Positions 22,317 to 46,600 of a DNA stretch of 64,000 nt are shown piece by piece. A program made the translations under genes and the position numbers. Location of the stretch: positions 1,118,276 to 1,182,275 of the forward strand of contig MU057344.1 in assembly GCA_013239625.1 (NCBI GenBank). Reading direction: 5' to 3'. The stretch is from Lama guanicoe. Its lineage: Eukaryota. Within the stretch, counting starts at the first letter, position 1, and each line of letters starts with the position of its first letter. The notes beneath the pieces were generated by a model. It was not told where the DNA came from and did no database searches. It worked only from the letters and a program-made list of their open reading frames with translations.

Positions 22317-25040
22317 CACGCTGACGCTTGCTCCGCGGGCGCTGCTGGCCCACTCCCTCCGTGGCCGTGTACCCAGTGTTCCCGGGCCAGAGTCTGTGCC
22401 GCACCCAGAGGACCACTGACCTCTGCCCACGGAGGGCTTAGCTGGACTGGCACCCCGGAGCTGGAGCCATGAGCCCCAGCATACACCCTTGTTCCTTCCC
22501 TCTCTCCCAGTCCCGCTTTTTGGGGACAGACCATGGCCCTGGGCAGGGACTCCAGGCCAGAGGACCACCAGCTGTGGGGGCTGACCTCCCCTGAAGTCTC
22601 ACTGCACACAGTTCCTGGACTGTCCCTCCCTAGAGAAACTAGGGGCTTGGCTGGGCCATAAGGGGGGGTCTGTCTGCTACCCCTGGGATCTGGCCTCTAC
22701 AGGAGCCACCTGACGTGTCAGAACACCCCAAGTACCTCTGTAAGGGACTGCGCTCTGGGTGCAACTGGCAGGGAGCTTGGGGCAGTCCCCCCCATGGCTC
22801 AGCTCGGGGAGGCCTCGGGCCTCTGCTCCAGGATAAGCCCTGTCTTCGGGTCAGAGGCCCTGGGCACCACGTCTGAAAGGCTGGATTGGTGGGTATGGGT
22901 GCTGAGTTGGGGGGCTCTCCCTGCTGTGTCCCTCACAGGCCCCAGGGACCTGTGCTGACCGCCTGCCCAAATTCACAAAGGGGCCTGGGGGGGGCTCTGC
23001 CGGGGACCCACCCCACCCCTCGGAACCTAGGAAGCCCCCCTCCTTCCTCCACTGTGGGGCGCTCAGTCTGGGGGAGCTATGGCCCCATCCTGACAGGGAG
23101 TACCGAGGCGGGGTGTTTGGGCTCCTGCAACCTCGGGTGCACTGAAGGGGTGGACTGCCTGCCAGTGGCGGGGCCGGGGCAGGGAGGGACTCGGCCTGAG
23201 AGGTCTGAGCCCAGGAGGAGGGTGAGGGCTGACTGCCATGGCTCAGAAGAAATGCGGGGACGGGAAACCTCGCCCAACCCTGGGTGGGCGCCATCTCCTG
23301 GTGCCCAGTTACCGTCCGGCGGCTGCCCTCAGCTCCCAAGAGGCCCAGAGCCTTCCTGCTGCAGCTGGGAAAGGGGTGGGGGGACACAGGAGGGGGACCA
23401 GGGGGCCGGGGAGGTTTCAGGAGCCTATGCTCAGAGCCCTGGTGCCCTGTTCACAGTGTGGCCGCCGCAGGCTCCCAGCCTCTGCCCAGGACCCCCAGGG
23501 AGGGGTGCTGAAGCCCCCTCCTGAGGGCCGGGGCCCGACAGGTGAGAGCACCCACCGAACGTCACAACACAGGCTGAGCTGGACTCTGGCCGGGACTCTG
23601 GAGCTCCCCTGGGTGTCAGGGCCAGGCGGCCTGTGCACCGAGAGCCCCAGACCAGCCAGGCCAGCGCTGATCCACCACCAGGGACAGAAGACACAGAAGA
23701 GCCTTGGCTGAGGGGGGGCCAGGCCAGGCCTCACGAAGGTGGCCGCAGGGAGCTGAGCCGTGTTGCGGTGCGGGCTGATGGCAGCACAGGGCCACACCGT
23801 GCTGGGGTCAGAGTCAGGGCATGCTCACAGAGAAGGGACCACAGGGACTACCTGCTAGGCAAGCCCGGCCCGGCCTGGCACACGGCCATGCCCCCTGCTC
23901 CCCCTGGCGGCCGCCCACAGGAGGACCAGGCCTCTGCCAACGAGCAAGTGCTTTGGGGTTGGTCTGGGAGCCACTTGCAGGCAGGACTTGGGGTGCAGCA
24001 CAGGGGTCCCCCGGGGGCTGGCGGGGTGCAGGACCTGTCACACACTCTCCGAGGTTCAGTGCAGGCCCCACACTGCTGAGCACAGGCTCCTAGAAGGGGG
24101 CCCAGCAGGACAGCGGGTGCAGGGCGGGTCTGGGTGAAAAGGATGGTAGAAAGACCAGTGGGGAAAGGGCCAGATCAGGTCCCCACAGGCCACAGGCCTG
24201 CTAGCCTCCCCTTACCCAGCCTGCCCCCGCGTTCCTGGGCTCTCCAGAGGTGAGGAGGGCCTGGGCACTGGGCTGTGGGGTCTCCTCAGTGCTCAGGGTT
24301 GGTCCCCAAGGCCTGGGGGCCACAACAGCAGGTCCCCTGCGTAGCTTTGTTCCTGAGACGGATGGCGCACAGCTCACCCCGAGGCCAGCTCTCCTGTAGT
24401 GATGGGCGTCTGGGGCTCAGGCCCACACCCTGAGGGGCACGCCCAGCTTGGGGGGAGCCCCGCCCTCTCCCAGCACCCCCAGGCCGGGCCCGGTGAGCTC
24501 CCCCACCCGCTTGTCATGGCCGTGGTGACCAAACCCATGCAGCCCGACACGCTCTGAGCAGGAGAGGGTACCAGCCACCAAGCCCGAGAGCCCTCAAGGG
24601 CCCTCCGAGCGAGCCGAGTCAGGAGTGCTGCTCAGAGCCTTGTTCTGTCCTCCTGTGTGCTGCGGGGCCCGGGAGGGTGGGGGACGCAGCAGGAGCCTCC
24701 CCAGACAGACGCGTTGGGGCGGGAGCCTGAGGGAGCAGGGGCAAGGGGGTGGGACAGATGACGGAGGCCACGCGATGGGGCAGCAGTCACGGCCCACAGG
24801 CAAGGTGGGCCTAAGACTTCCAGAGGCAACTAAAGGGAGGGAACCCCCTCTCGGGTTCCCGGACAGGGGTGGGCAGGGCCTGCCTGCAAGCGCCCAGACC
24901 GAGCAAGGCTTCCCGGGCGCGCTGCCTGCTCTCACACCGAACAGCGAAGGCAGAGACGGCTCTGTTCTCACTCTGGAAACTATTTGGTGCGTGCCCGAGC
25001 CTCCCGTGTCCTCCGTCAGAGGCATGTACGTATATATTTA

Positions 25041-25046
<6 letters not shown>

Positions 25047-25072
<26 letters not shown>
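25047..25072. repeat. (TA)13 microsatellite in the PANK4 3' UTR
   Basis: Directly visible TA run inside an AT-rich patch 25031-25097. Confidence 0.95.
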
Positions 25073-25325
25073 AGACTATTTAACAGTTAAATATATTCCA
25101 ATACGAACGTCTCACGGGACAGGAGTCGTGCCTCCCCACCACGAACACGGCAGCGTTAAAGAAACACCGAGCCCGAGCCACGAGCGCCCAGCCCACGCCC
25201 GGGCGCGCCCGGCTCTGAGTCACGGAAGCACGACATAAATACTCCGATCCGAACGCGGACGCCCTGTCCAGTCGCGATCCGTCCCTGACAAGTGACGAGC
25301 AGAGCGGTCCGGCGTGGCAGGCGCC

Positions 25326-37327
<12,002 letters not shown>

Positions 37328-39599
37328 TTATTTGCCTGAAACACATTTCAGGACAAGTTAAAAAGACCCCAGAGCAGTCCTCTCCAAGGAAGAGCTCTGG
37401 TGAGCCCCTCTTTCGGGTCAGGACGCGCTTGTGTGGCTCCAGGTAACCCACAGCTGGGAAGGCCCTCGAGTGGCAGGGCAGGGAGAAGCAGAAGGCTTAG
37501 CGCTGCAGTGGCCTCGGAACAAACGGCCCTTCCCAGGAAGCTCGACAAATCACGGCGGAAAACCCTGGCTGTGAGGAGGCGGCTCAGGTTACTAGCAACC
37601 GCTGCTCTGTGACAAGATACTAGGGGAACATACGAGAAACGCTCAAGTCAGAGAACATTTGGAAACACCGAGGTGTCCGAGGGCCAGAGCTCTTCCAGGT
37701 AACAGGAATCAAACCTCCGTCCCCGAGATCAGTCACACCTGTCCTGTCGGAGCTGCCCGCCTGGCAGCGGACAGGCCTCTGGGGATGTTCTGCAGCCCAC
37801 CCCGTTGGGCCGCAGAGGGGCCCATGACGTCACGGGCTTGTGCTCAGCCCCGGACCACGAGCTCAAGATGCAGGACCTGGTCTTAAGCCTCCTTCTCCCC
37901 CCTCCCCGCCCCCGGTCCTGGCCTGGCCCAGAGCGCCTTTCGCTGAAGCGCTCGTTGCCCGACTCACCTCTGTGAATGAACAGTTTCCTAAACAGACAGG
38001 CAACACAAAGGGATGAAGATACATCTTAAGAAGCTCATCAAAAGTTCCCATCAACAAAGTCCTGGGTCACAGAGATCCAATTCCAGAGGATGTGTTCTGT
38101 AAGTCAGCTATAAATCACAAGTGAAGCACAAAGCACTGGGGTGTGTGGGGGGCCGTGGGCGGTGAGCTGGTTTCTCTGCACCACAAATCACACACCCCAA
38201 GTGGGGCAATGCCCAGCACTGCCCAGACGCCTCTCCCTATGCCCACCAGGAAGTAACAGACGGAGGTCTGGGGTGCAGGTGGAGCAGGGTGGTCAGCTGG
38301 GACCGGAATGAACTCAGAGAGCAGACAGCAGGAGTCTGCAGCGGCAGAAGAGCTCTTCTGTTCTCAGGATCCCTTGGAATTAGAGCAAATGGCAACCGGG
38401 CCCCGGCCCCTGCGCGTCACACCAGACCAGGGCAGTGACCAGGCGAACAGGCACAGCCCCATCCTCTCTGGTGGACACCACAGGCTCTCCTGTCCTGCCC
38501 ACGCTCCACCCCAGGACCAACAGCATCCCTGACTGACAGGAGGAGCCTGGGCCAAGACCCTCCAGGTCATCCAGACCCACGGGGGCCTGGCACGGGGCTG
38601 TCTTTCCAAGCCGGACACCAGCGGGGAAACGACCCCTCAGCGCACATCACCGCCCTGTGGCCCCTTCGGCTTCACCTGAGGGATCCTCCCCTCCACCCAG
38701 GAGAAACCTGGAGTCAAGTCAGCTTCAAGTCTCTTGAGACACGAAACATCCCCGAGGCTCCAGAGGAGGGAAGTCCCCTAGCGGACATCCGAGGGGGAGA
38801 GCAGCTCAGCTGAGCTCTCCCGGATGGAGAGGCTTGGGGAGGGAAGAGGAAGCTGGGAAGCCTGCTTTTAAACCACTCTGCTGACAAGCTTTGCGGATTC
38901 CTGGGTTGAGGACTCCTGCCCTAAGCTGTGACTTCCCAGCAGCTGCACTAACAAAAGTGTAACGAACACGTCCTTTGAAGAACAGGAGACAAGAGGACCC
39001 AGACCCAGGGTGGTTTCAGAGGAGGTAAATACTGAGGCTGAAAATATCCCTTTGGGTGCCCTTCTGCCAAGGAACCCGGACAAGTCTTGGCCCGGAGGAC
39101 AGGCAGGCCCTCCTTCCTGCACAGCTACAAGCTGGCCTCTGGGGACCACGCAGAACACGGGGCTGAGTAAGCCCTGTGGCCGCAGGTTTTCTGCACACTT
39201 CAGACTGGTTGGAGCAGCACCCCCAAGGGTTAGGGAGGCAGAGCACACACCTGTCGACTGCGTCACATAGGGGTGTCGGCAGAGCTGGGGGTGGGGGGCA
39301 GGGGCTGACCTGAGCCCCCAAGCTGGGCCTCCACGCTCACCATCTCCGGCCCAACGCCCAGCCAGGGGCCACTCCAGCAGGCTCCCTCACGGAGCGACGA
39401 GCTGGACGCTTCCAGCGCAGCCCATGCCCACCCTCTGCCTGGCTCTGCCGGGCCTCCAGGCCAGTCCCCTCGGAGCACCCGCCCTCTGAGCCGTTTGCAC
39501 GTGTTCCCTCTCCACCCTCCACTTCCCTGGAGGCCACCCTCTCCCAAGCCCTTGACTCGAGTGACCCCAAGAACAGGGGAGCAGGGCGGCCCAACCCCT

Positions 39600-40560
39600 C
39601 TGGGGATTCCTGCGTGTGCTGAGCGGCCACGACGGGCCACGCGAGCTGGGGCCGCGACTAGGAGGTGCGAGGCCGTCTCGCCGGTGAGCTGCCCTCGGGA
39701 AGCCCGCCGCCCCGGCCCGCGGGCAAAGCGGCAGCGACCGACGGCTGACCGCTGACCAGCCGGGTCCCCGCGCCTCAGCGTCCTCATCTGAGAAAGGGAG
39801 GGAGGCGTCAGCGCGTCGGGGTGGGACACTGGGGGCTTTCGACCTGAGGTCCGCGCCCAGGTCGTCCAAACTCCCTGCCCCAGACATCGGGCCCCGGATC
39901 TCCCGCGGGCGGGACGAGGCCCCGCGCAGCGGCCGACCCTCCTGAGGCAGGATGCCTGAGCGGCCGCCGGGCCGCCTCTCCCGCGGGACTACGAGGCCCG
40001 GCATACCACGCTCTGGCCGCTCGGCGCCTGCCGGGAGCTGTAGTCCGGCCGCCGCAGCGAGCCTGCACGTCGGCGGCCCGAGGACTACAGAGCCCGATAG
40101 GCTGTGCGCGCCGGCGGCCGCGGACTACAAGGCCCGATAGGCTGTGCGGGTCGGCGGCCCGCGCCCCGCCCTTCGTCCTTGCCGCCGCCCCGGCCTCCCG
40201 GCCCCGCTGCCCTCGTCCCCGCCCTCTCCCTCTCCCGCCGTCCCGCTCTCCGCGCCCGCCCGCGGCGANNNNNNNNNNNNNNNNNNNNNNNNNNNNNNNN
40301 NNNNNNNNNNNNNNNNNNNNNNNNNNNNNNNNNNNNNNNNNNNNNNNNNNNNNNNNNNNNNNNNNNNNNNNNNNNNNNNNNNNNNNNNNNNNNNNNNNNN
40401 NNNNNNNNCTAGCCTCATCAACCATGGAGATATATGCGCATATATTTGACTGCTAAACGCCTCCCGTGCATATATTATGCTAATAAGCTCTCGGGCGGCC
40501 CCGCCCCTCAGTGGCGGGAGGGCCGACTCGGTAGGGCCCGGGCACGGGTCTCAGAGGCCC
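39600..40560 (-). promoter_or_regulatory. CpG-island promoter of PANK4; exon 1 is presumed inside the gap 40269-40408
   Basis: Dense CpG, GC boxes and ACTAYRNNNCCCR motifs upstream of exon 2; the N-terminal exon is not found elsewhere. Confidence 0.85.
40071..40160. repeat. About 40-bp tandem duplication (GGACTACA..GCCCGATAGGCTGTGCG) in PANK4 intron 1
   Basis: Units with cores at 40082-40108 and 40122-40148. Confidence 0.85.
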
Positions 40561-41149
40561 TACAGCTCAACACAAAATATCTGGGCTGTCGTCGTCTCTG
40601 TTCTTTCACTGAGCTGGCCCAATGATGCTGACCTTAGATGATCTGAGCTAGTGCAGAGCGGACACCTGGGGCTTTGCAGACCACCAGAGAACTGCTCCTC
40701 CAGTGAATGCGGCTGTAAGCCTGGCACCTGCACAGGAGGGTCCAGCCTGGTTCTCCAGGAGCGCAGGACTGTCGGTGCTAAAAGTCCCATGCAAACAGGG
40801 GCAGTCGGGGACTCCGCCCTCTAGGAGTCCAACCCCCGCCAGAGGTAGGAGATGCCCCTGCAGCTGGGGAGGATGTGTACTTTGATGGTGAGATCCTCAG
40901 AAAGTGCAGTGGAAAGCAGGGGGGCCTGCCTGGAGGAGGCCGCTTTCTGGCAAAACAAGGAGTCTATGGGAATTTGCAGGGAATGAGCTGAGAAAGCTCC
41001 TGTGTGGTGTTGGGGAGTGATTTCCAGGACAAGTCGCTAGAAAACCCTGGAAGGTGTGGAGGCTCTTAAGGGATGTGTACCCATCAGAGGCACTTGGCAC
41101 TCTGAGAAGGAGCTCAGTGCTGGAGGCTGACAGAGGGCCCCTAGGGTGG

Positions 41150-41225
41150 CCTTGACACCTGCCTCCTAGGTCACCCTGGGCCAGTTACTTTGAGTCTCTG
41201 GACCTCAGCCTCCATCTGAGCATGC
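41150..41225 (+). mobile_element. MIR SINE fragment
   Basis: GTCACCCTGGGCCAGTTACTT...TCTCTGGACCTCAG. Confidence 0.5.
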
Positions 41226-42114
41226 CACTAGCTGCCTGGCAGGGCCCCTGGGGGCGCAGGACTGTGAGCAGCACAAATTCAGAGCTCTAGGGGTGATTCA
41301 GGGGAGGAGAAGGTGCTTCAGCACACCAGGCAAGGCTCGGGATGGGGGAGGCAGCCTTGCAGGTCAGCCTGGCCAGAGGGACACCCGTGAGGGCAGGACC
41401 TGCCTGCCACACAAGCAGTAAATGTGTGGGATGGGGGAGGGGCTTCCCTGTCCCTCGCTCACCATTCTCAGGGCTCAGCAGGGACCCCAAAGGCCCCTAG
41501 CAGCACCATGCTGGCCTGGAAGGGGTGCTGTGGACAGAGGGATGGGAGGCCGAGGGAAGTGAGGTGCCGAGCAGGAAGGGGGGAGGGCCAGCCGGCGTGC
41601 ATCCAGTTTCCTGCAGACTCAGCCAACACCCAGTGGCCTGTCTAAAAATAGATACCCTTTCTGAGGCATGGGCCTGGCCTTGACAGGTTCATCACCAGCA
41701 CTGCCTGTTCAGCCGTGGTGAGTGGTCAACCTGCAGGGCAGGGCAGCCACTTGTGGGCCAGCCAAGGTGCCCCAGGAGCTTGTCCAGGGACAGAGGCTCT
41801 GGCTGTGCGGGGAGGGCCCTGGTGGGGCAAACATCTGTGTTTGACCCAGTTAAAACTATTTTGCTGCAGCAAGAGTTCCACTGCAGGCTATGGCTTTCAG
41901 GTCTCTCTCAGTTGGACAGTGCTGGAAGGTCCTGTAGCATCATTTACCCCCCTCCCCACTGCAGGAGCTAGCCAGAGGTTTAGGGCGGCAACCCAGGTCT
42001 CTCATCCCCTCCTACTGCACCAGGGAAGCTAATGTGTCCACAAGGCCCTCTCTGCTTCCAGCCTGCCTCTCCCCTGCTTCTCTGCCTCTCACTCCAATCT
42101 CCTCCCTTCCTCCT

Positions 42115-42132
42115 CCCCCCCCCCCCCCCCCC
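42115..42132. repeat. Poly-C run (18 nt) just downstream of the HES5 polyA site
   Basis: Directly visible. Confidence 0.9.
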
Positions 42133-42324
42133 GATCCCTCCCTCTGTCCCTGAGCCGGTGCCTGGCTATTCTTCCTGTGTCTAGAGGGTCCCTGGTAAGG
42201 ACACCTGTGTCCTTGATACCACGATAGTGCCCACTCCCCTTCATCCCTGCAGCCCCGCCTGCCTGATGCCAAGGACATGAGTGAGGCACAAGAGACGGAC
42301 TATGGAGGGGCTGAATAGTCAGAT

Positions 42325-42330
42325 TTTATT
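42325..42330 (-). terminator. HES5 polyadenylation signal AATAAA
   Basis: TTTATT on the + strand, about 700 nt past the stop. Confidence 0.85.
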
Positions 42331-43029
42331 AGAAGCCTGCAGAGCAGTCCCGTGGCTCCCACGTGAAGGAGAGTTCACATTCTGAGTACCAACTCGTGCC
42401 CATGTGCACCCACCCACACAGAAATTCTTTTTGTGGGAGGTGGAGACCCCCACCCTTCCCACACAGCCCACTGAGACCCCACCAGACAACCAGGCACGTG
42501 CAAGGGCTCTCTGCCTCAGCTCTGCCTGGCCCGTCCTCACCCATCCAGGCTGACACTTTCTTTCCTATGAGGATACACCTTGAGTTTCGCCTTCACAAAA
42601 GGCAAATGTGCCCACGGCACGGCCTGCGCCAGGCCCACTGGCCGGGCAGCACCGGACCTGAAGAAAGCCCTCTACGCGTGGGGTGCCGGCTGGCTGAGCC
42701 CCGCCGCCTACAAATATCATAGAACCCGGCAGTGGGGACTTCCTAGAAGTCACTTGCTGAAATGCAAACACAGAGCAACCCCATGGGGTCAGACATTTGG
42801 CAGAAGATGGGCCTTGATTGTTCTAAACAAGGACGCTGCGCGCACATTCTCTGAGAATGTTCCTCCTGCTGGCCCGCCAGCTTGGGGAGAGAGCCTTCCG
42901 GAGAAGGGGCCCGTCCAAGCCGGGGAGGGGGCGGGCGGGACAGACTACGGGAAGGCCCTTCCCCAGGCCAGGGGATCGCGCTGGCCCTCTGGGCCTTCCG
43001 GCAGGCAGCCTGTCCGCAGCTCCCGCGGG

Positions 43030-43301
43030 TCACCAAGGCCGCCAGAGGCCGCAGGCGGGCTGGCGCACAGCAGCGGCGGCCGCCTTGGCGGGGGTGGGCG
43101 CGGGCGCGGGGCCCGGCGCCTTGGGCTCCTTGGCCGGCGCGGCCGGCGCGGCCGCGGGTCGCTGGAAGTGGTAGAGGAGTTTCATCTGCGTGTCGCTGGC
43201 CGCGTGCAGCGTCAGGAACTGCACGGCCTCCTGCAGGCACCACGAGTAGCCCTCGCTGTAGTCCTGGTGCAGGCTCTTCGGGCCGGCGGCGGCGGCGAAG
43301 G
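43030..43301 (-). CDS. HES5: HES5 exon 3, coding part (Orange, Pro/Ala-rich, WRPW), 272 nt
   Basis: CAG acceptor; TGA directly after WRPW. Confidence 0.97.
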
Positions 43302-43690
43302 CTGCGGGGAGCGGAGGGGAGGCGGTGAGTGGGGCCGGGGCGCGGGGCGCGCGGCGGGGCCGGGGCCGGGGCCGCCCGAGCCGGGCTCACCTTTGCTGTG
43401 TTTCAGGTAGCTGACAGCCATCTCCAGGATGTCGGCCTTCTCCAGCTTGGAGTTGGGCTGGTGGCGCGCGAACTCCTGCTCCAGCAGCAACTTCAGCTGC
43501 TCGATGCTGCTGTTGATGCGGTCGCGGCGCATCTTCTCCACCACCGGCTTCCGCAGCTGTGGGAGGAGGGGCGTCAGCGCGGCCGCGGCGGCGCGGGGTC
43601 GCGGGGGTCGCGGGGGCAGGCTGCGCGCGCACTTACTCGGTTTTTCTCTTTGGGGCTCAGCAGCTCCACGGCCACGGTGCTGGGGGCCAT
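43030..43690 (-). CDS. HES5: HES5 bHLH-Orange repressor, 163 aa; join 43690-43637, 43556-43391, 43301-43030
   Basis: [18 protein letters not shown] / [22 protein letters not shown]...[11 protein letters not shown] / Orange domain [12 protein letters not shown]; C-terminal WRPW; canonical GT-AG introns. Confidence 0.98.
43391..43556 (-). CDS. HES5: HES5 exon 2 (bHLH), 166 nt
   Basis: CAG/GTGAGC; basic-region proline (RKP). Confidence 0.97.
43637..43690 (-). CDS. HES5: HES5 exon 1, coding part, 54 nt
   Basis: ATG at 43690; donor GTAAGT. Confidence 0.96.
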
Positions 43691-43769
43691 ACCTGGCGCG
43701 GGCGAGGCGAGTCGGCGCGGAAGGAGGGAGCGGAGCGGGCGCGTCCCGGGCTGGCGCCGACCCCGGCCC

Positions 43770-43777
43770 CTATATAG
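43770..43777 (-). promoter_or_regulatory. HES5 TATA box (CTATATAG)
   Basis: TATATA in a GC-rich context about 80 nt upstream of the ATG. Confidence 0.8.
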
Positions 43778-46399
43778 GCGCGGGCGGCGGGCTGNNNNNN
43801 NNNNNNNNNNNNNNNNNNNNNNNNNNNNNNNNNNNNNNNNNNNNNNNNNNNNNNNNNNNNNNNNNNNNNNNNNNNNNNNNNNNNNNNNNNNNNNNNNNNN
43901 NNNNNNNNNNNNNNNNNNNNNNNNNNNNNNNNNNNNNNNNNNNNNNNNNNNNNNNNNNNNNNNNNNNNNNNNNNNNNNNNNNNNNNNNNNNNNNNNNNNN
44001 NNNNNNNNNNNNNNNNNNNNNNNNNNNNNNNNNNNNNNNNNNNNNNNNNNNNNNNNNNNNNNGGGGCAGGAAGGAGCGGCGCCCCTCCCCTCCCCTTTTC
44101 TCTCCCTTCTCCCCCCTCCCCAGCGACTCCCCGCTGCTGGCTGGCAGAGGCCACGAGCGAGCAGATAAGGGAAAAGCTTTAGAATGCACAAGAGCAGCAG
44201 CTTCCAGGGGCCACGCACCCTCCCTGTTGGACCTGCGGCTCCCCTCCTCTCTGGGGCGGAGAGGGAGGGGACAGGGGAGGCCACACTTCACCCGAGCAGG
44301 CATAGCCAGCTCCCTCTGCACAAGTGGAAGAGGGGCCCAGGCTCTTAGGCTCAGACCTGCTGGCATATGTATTAAGTCCCCAAGCTGTCACCTGGGACAC
44401 GTGGCTTCAGAGCTAGAAAATGGACTGCCTGCTGTGCCTCCCTGGCTGGGCTTTGGGCAGTTTTAGGGAGCCAGGGTGCCTGAAATGCCCAGCATGGAGC
44501 CTGGCACCTAGGCAGTCCCCCCAGGAGCCACTGCACCCCATCCTCCAGCAGCAGTTTATCAGACTGTAGCATCTGGGGAGCTCTGAACCTTCCAGGGCCC
44601 CACCCCACCCCAATCTGGGTGGGAGTCCAACCATGGCCGTCTGTGGAGCATGCAAGAGCGTGTGGCTTCGGACATGCTGGATACAGGTGTGTGGTCACTG
44701 CTCCTGCATGACTGGGGGGAAGCCTCGGCTGCATGCTGCCCTCCGCACAGCCCTGTGGGCACTTACAGGGTTTCCTGTCCTTAGGCAGTTTGCTGGTGGT
44801 GGAGAAGGGAGCACCATGGGGGCAGACGTGAGGCTCCTGCCAGGAGCCCATACAAATACTGTACCAGCTCAGACAACCCCCTAGGGACCCACTGGAAGAA
44901 CTGATGGTCCTGGTACCTAGACAGCCCAGCTGAGGCCAGTGGATGCTTGGGGGCCATGAGCGCCACCCTGGGTCCCTAGGGGAGGGCCTGCTGGGAGCCC
45001 CCCACCGCCACCCGGAACACTTTCCTCTGATTCTCTGCAGCCAGGAATCTAGTTCTGCCAGGATAGAGGTAGGGGGATGGAGATGGGACAACTTCTAGGA
45101 GCAGGGCGGAACACAGCCAGGTTCAAGGGGCAGGCAGGGCTTCAGCCAGGGGACCCAGCAGCTGGCATCAGGGTTCTTTAATCAGAGGTAAAATCCAGGA
45201 GTGCAGTTCCCTGGCCGACAGCCACATCTGAGCATGGCTGGGAATTGAAGGGCCTTAACAAGAGGCTTGGCAGTGACTCATGGTGATGAGCGGCCTGTTT
45301 GGTGGGCCTGCTCAAGAAGTCTGAAGCACAGGGAACCTTGGGTCACCCAGAGAGGGGTCCGTAGGGAAGCAGGAGGAAGGTGCCAGGGCAGGCGTGGCTT
45401 GGAGCCAGTGCAAGGCAGCCCCCGAGCCAGCCGGCCACCTGCTGGGGTGGGCGAGGCCTGGGGGGCTCCTGAGGTGGAACTTTCAGGTGACTCTGGAAGG
45501 GGATGGAAGGCAGCCCCTGTTCACCCTTTGGTACCTGCTCCCCCCCCCCCAAGCATCTCTCTTGAAGGGAACACAGGCCCCAGGCTGGCTGTGGGAGGCA
45601 AGTGACACTGAGGTCTTGAGTAGGCTCCCCCTGAGCCTGGGGTTCTCTCTGAGCAGATGCGACCCCACGACAGATATCTAGCCCTCATTTGGAGCAAAAG
45701 AGCAGAGGGCACCTGGGCAAACTGGGGAGGGGCCTGCCCCGCCTTCTGCTCTACAGCCCCAGGTGTTGACAGTGGCTGGCAGGTCCCACAGGTAGCAAGG
45801 GGGACCCAGTGATGCTCAGTGGAGCCATTTCTGCAGCCAGAGTGGGGCTGGTGCTGGGCAGCTGGCACATTTTGGCGGGTTCCTCACCTGCGTGTGGGTG
45901 GGCTCTGGAGGGGAGGGCAGGATGACTTAGGTGCCAGTTTCCCTGTCGCCCACACCCTGCCAGCCCCACACCTGCACTCAGGAGGTGCTCTGGCCGAGGC
46001 GGAGGGAAGGCAGGACAAGGGGCAGGCCCCACTGGCAGGAAACGAACCTGAGCACGCATGTGCCTGCCCGTCCGGCTGCTGGCAGTGGCGGTGGGGGGGC
46101 AGGTGTCTGCCCAGAACCAAGGGCAGCAGGCAGACCAGGCCTGTCCCCCTGCCCCCAGCTGCGGAGGGGGCAGTTGGCTGGGGCGTGTGTCCTGCCCTGG
46201 CCGCTTCCCCCAAGCCAGCTCTCAGCCCAAGTAAGACACGTGCCAGGAGACGTGGTCCAGCCCCCACCCCACCCCGAGCTGCCCGCGTGCCCACCCGCAG
46301 CGGGCTGGCGTGGAGGTGAGGGTTGGGGGGAGGGGGCCAGGGGGCTGCTCCTCCCCACCTCTTCGCCGTCCCCTTTGGCGGGGAGCAGCTTTGATCCAA

Positions 46400-46600
46400 T
46401 TTTGAGTTGTGGGAAATATGAAATGAATGCTGTTAAGTCCCAGCCTGGCCGGATGAAAGGCGCGTTCCCTCCCCGAGTGCGGGCCAGATGGCAGCGCGGC
46501 CTCCAAGGCACACGCCTGGCCTTTGTGGGCCGTTTAACACTGTGAATGGGGCCAAAGTGTGGGAAAGTCGCTGGGCTCCCGGCTCACACGTCCGAGGTGA
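46400..46600. promoter_or_regulatory. Candidate Notch-responsive HES5 enhancer
   Basis: TGTGGGAA at 46408 and 46558, inverted CTCACACG at 46583, CAGATG E-box at 46485, SOX-like CTTTGT at 46521. Confidence 0.6.

Larger units (their letters stand above)
42830..44160. promoter_or_regulatory. CpG island over the HES5 gene body and promoter (interrupted by gap 43795-44062)
   Basis: Very high CpG density by eye. Confidence 0.85.

Noticed and set aside
40071-40160. CRISPR-like repeat-spacer array or other prokaryotic system
   Set aside because: The sequence is clearly mammalian with spliced genes; this is a two-unit promoter duplication with no unique spacers or cas genes.
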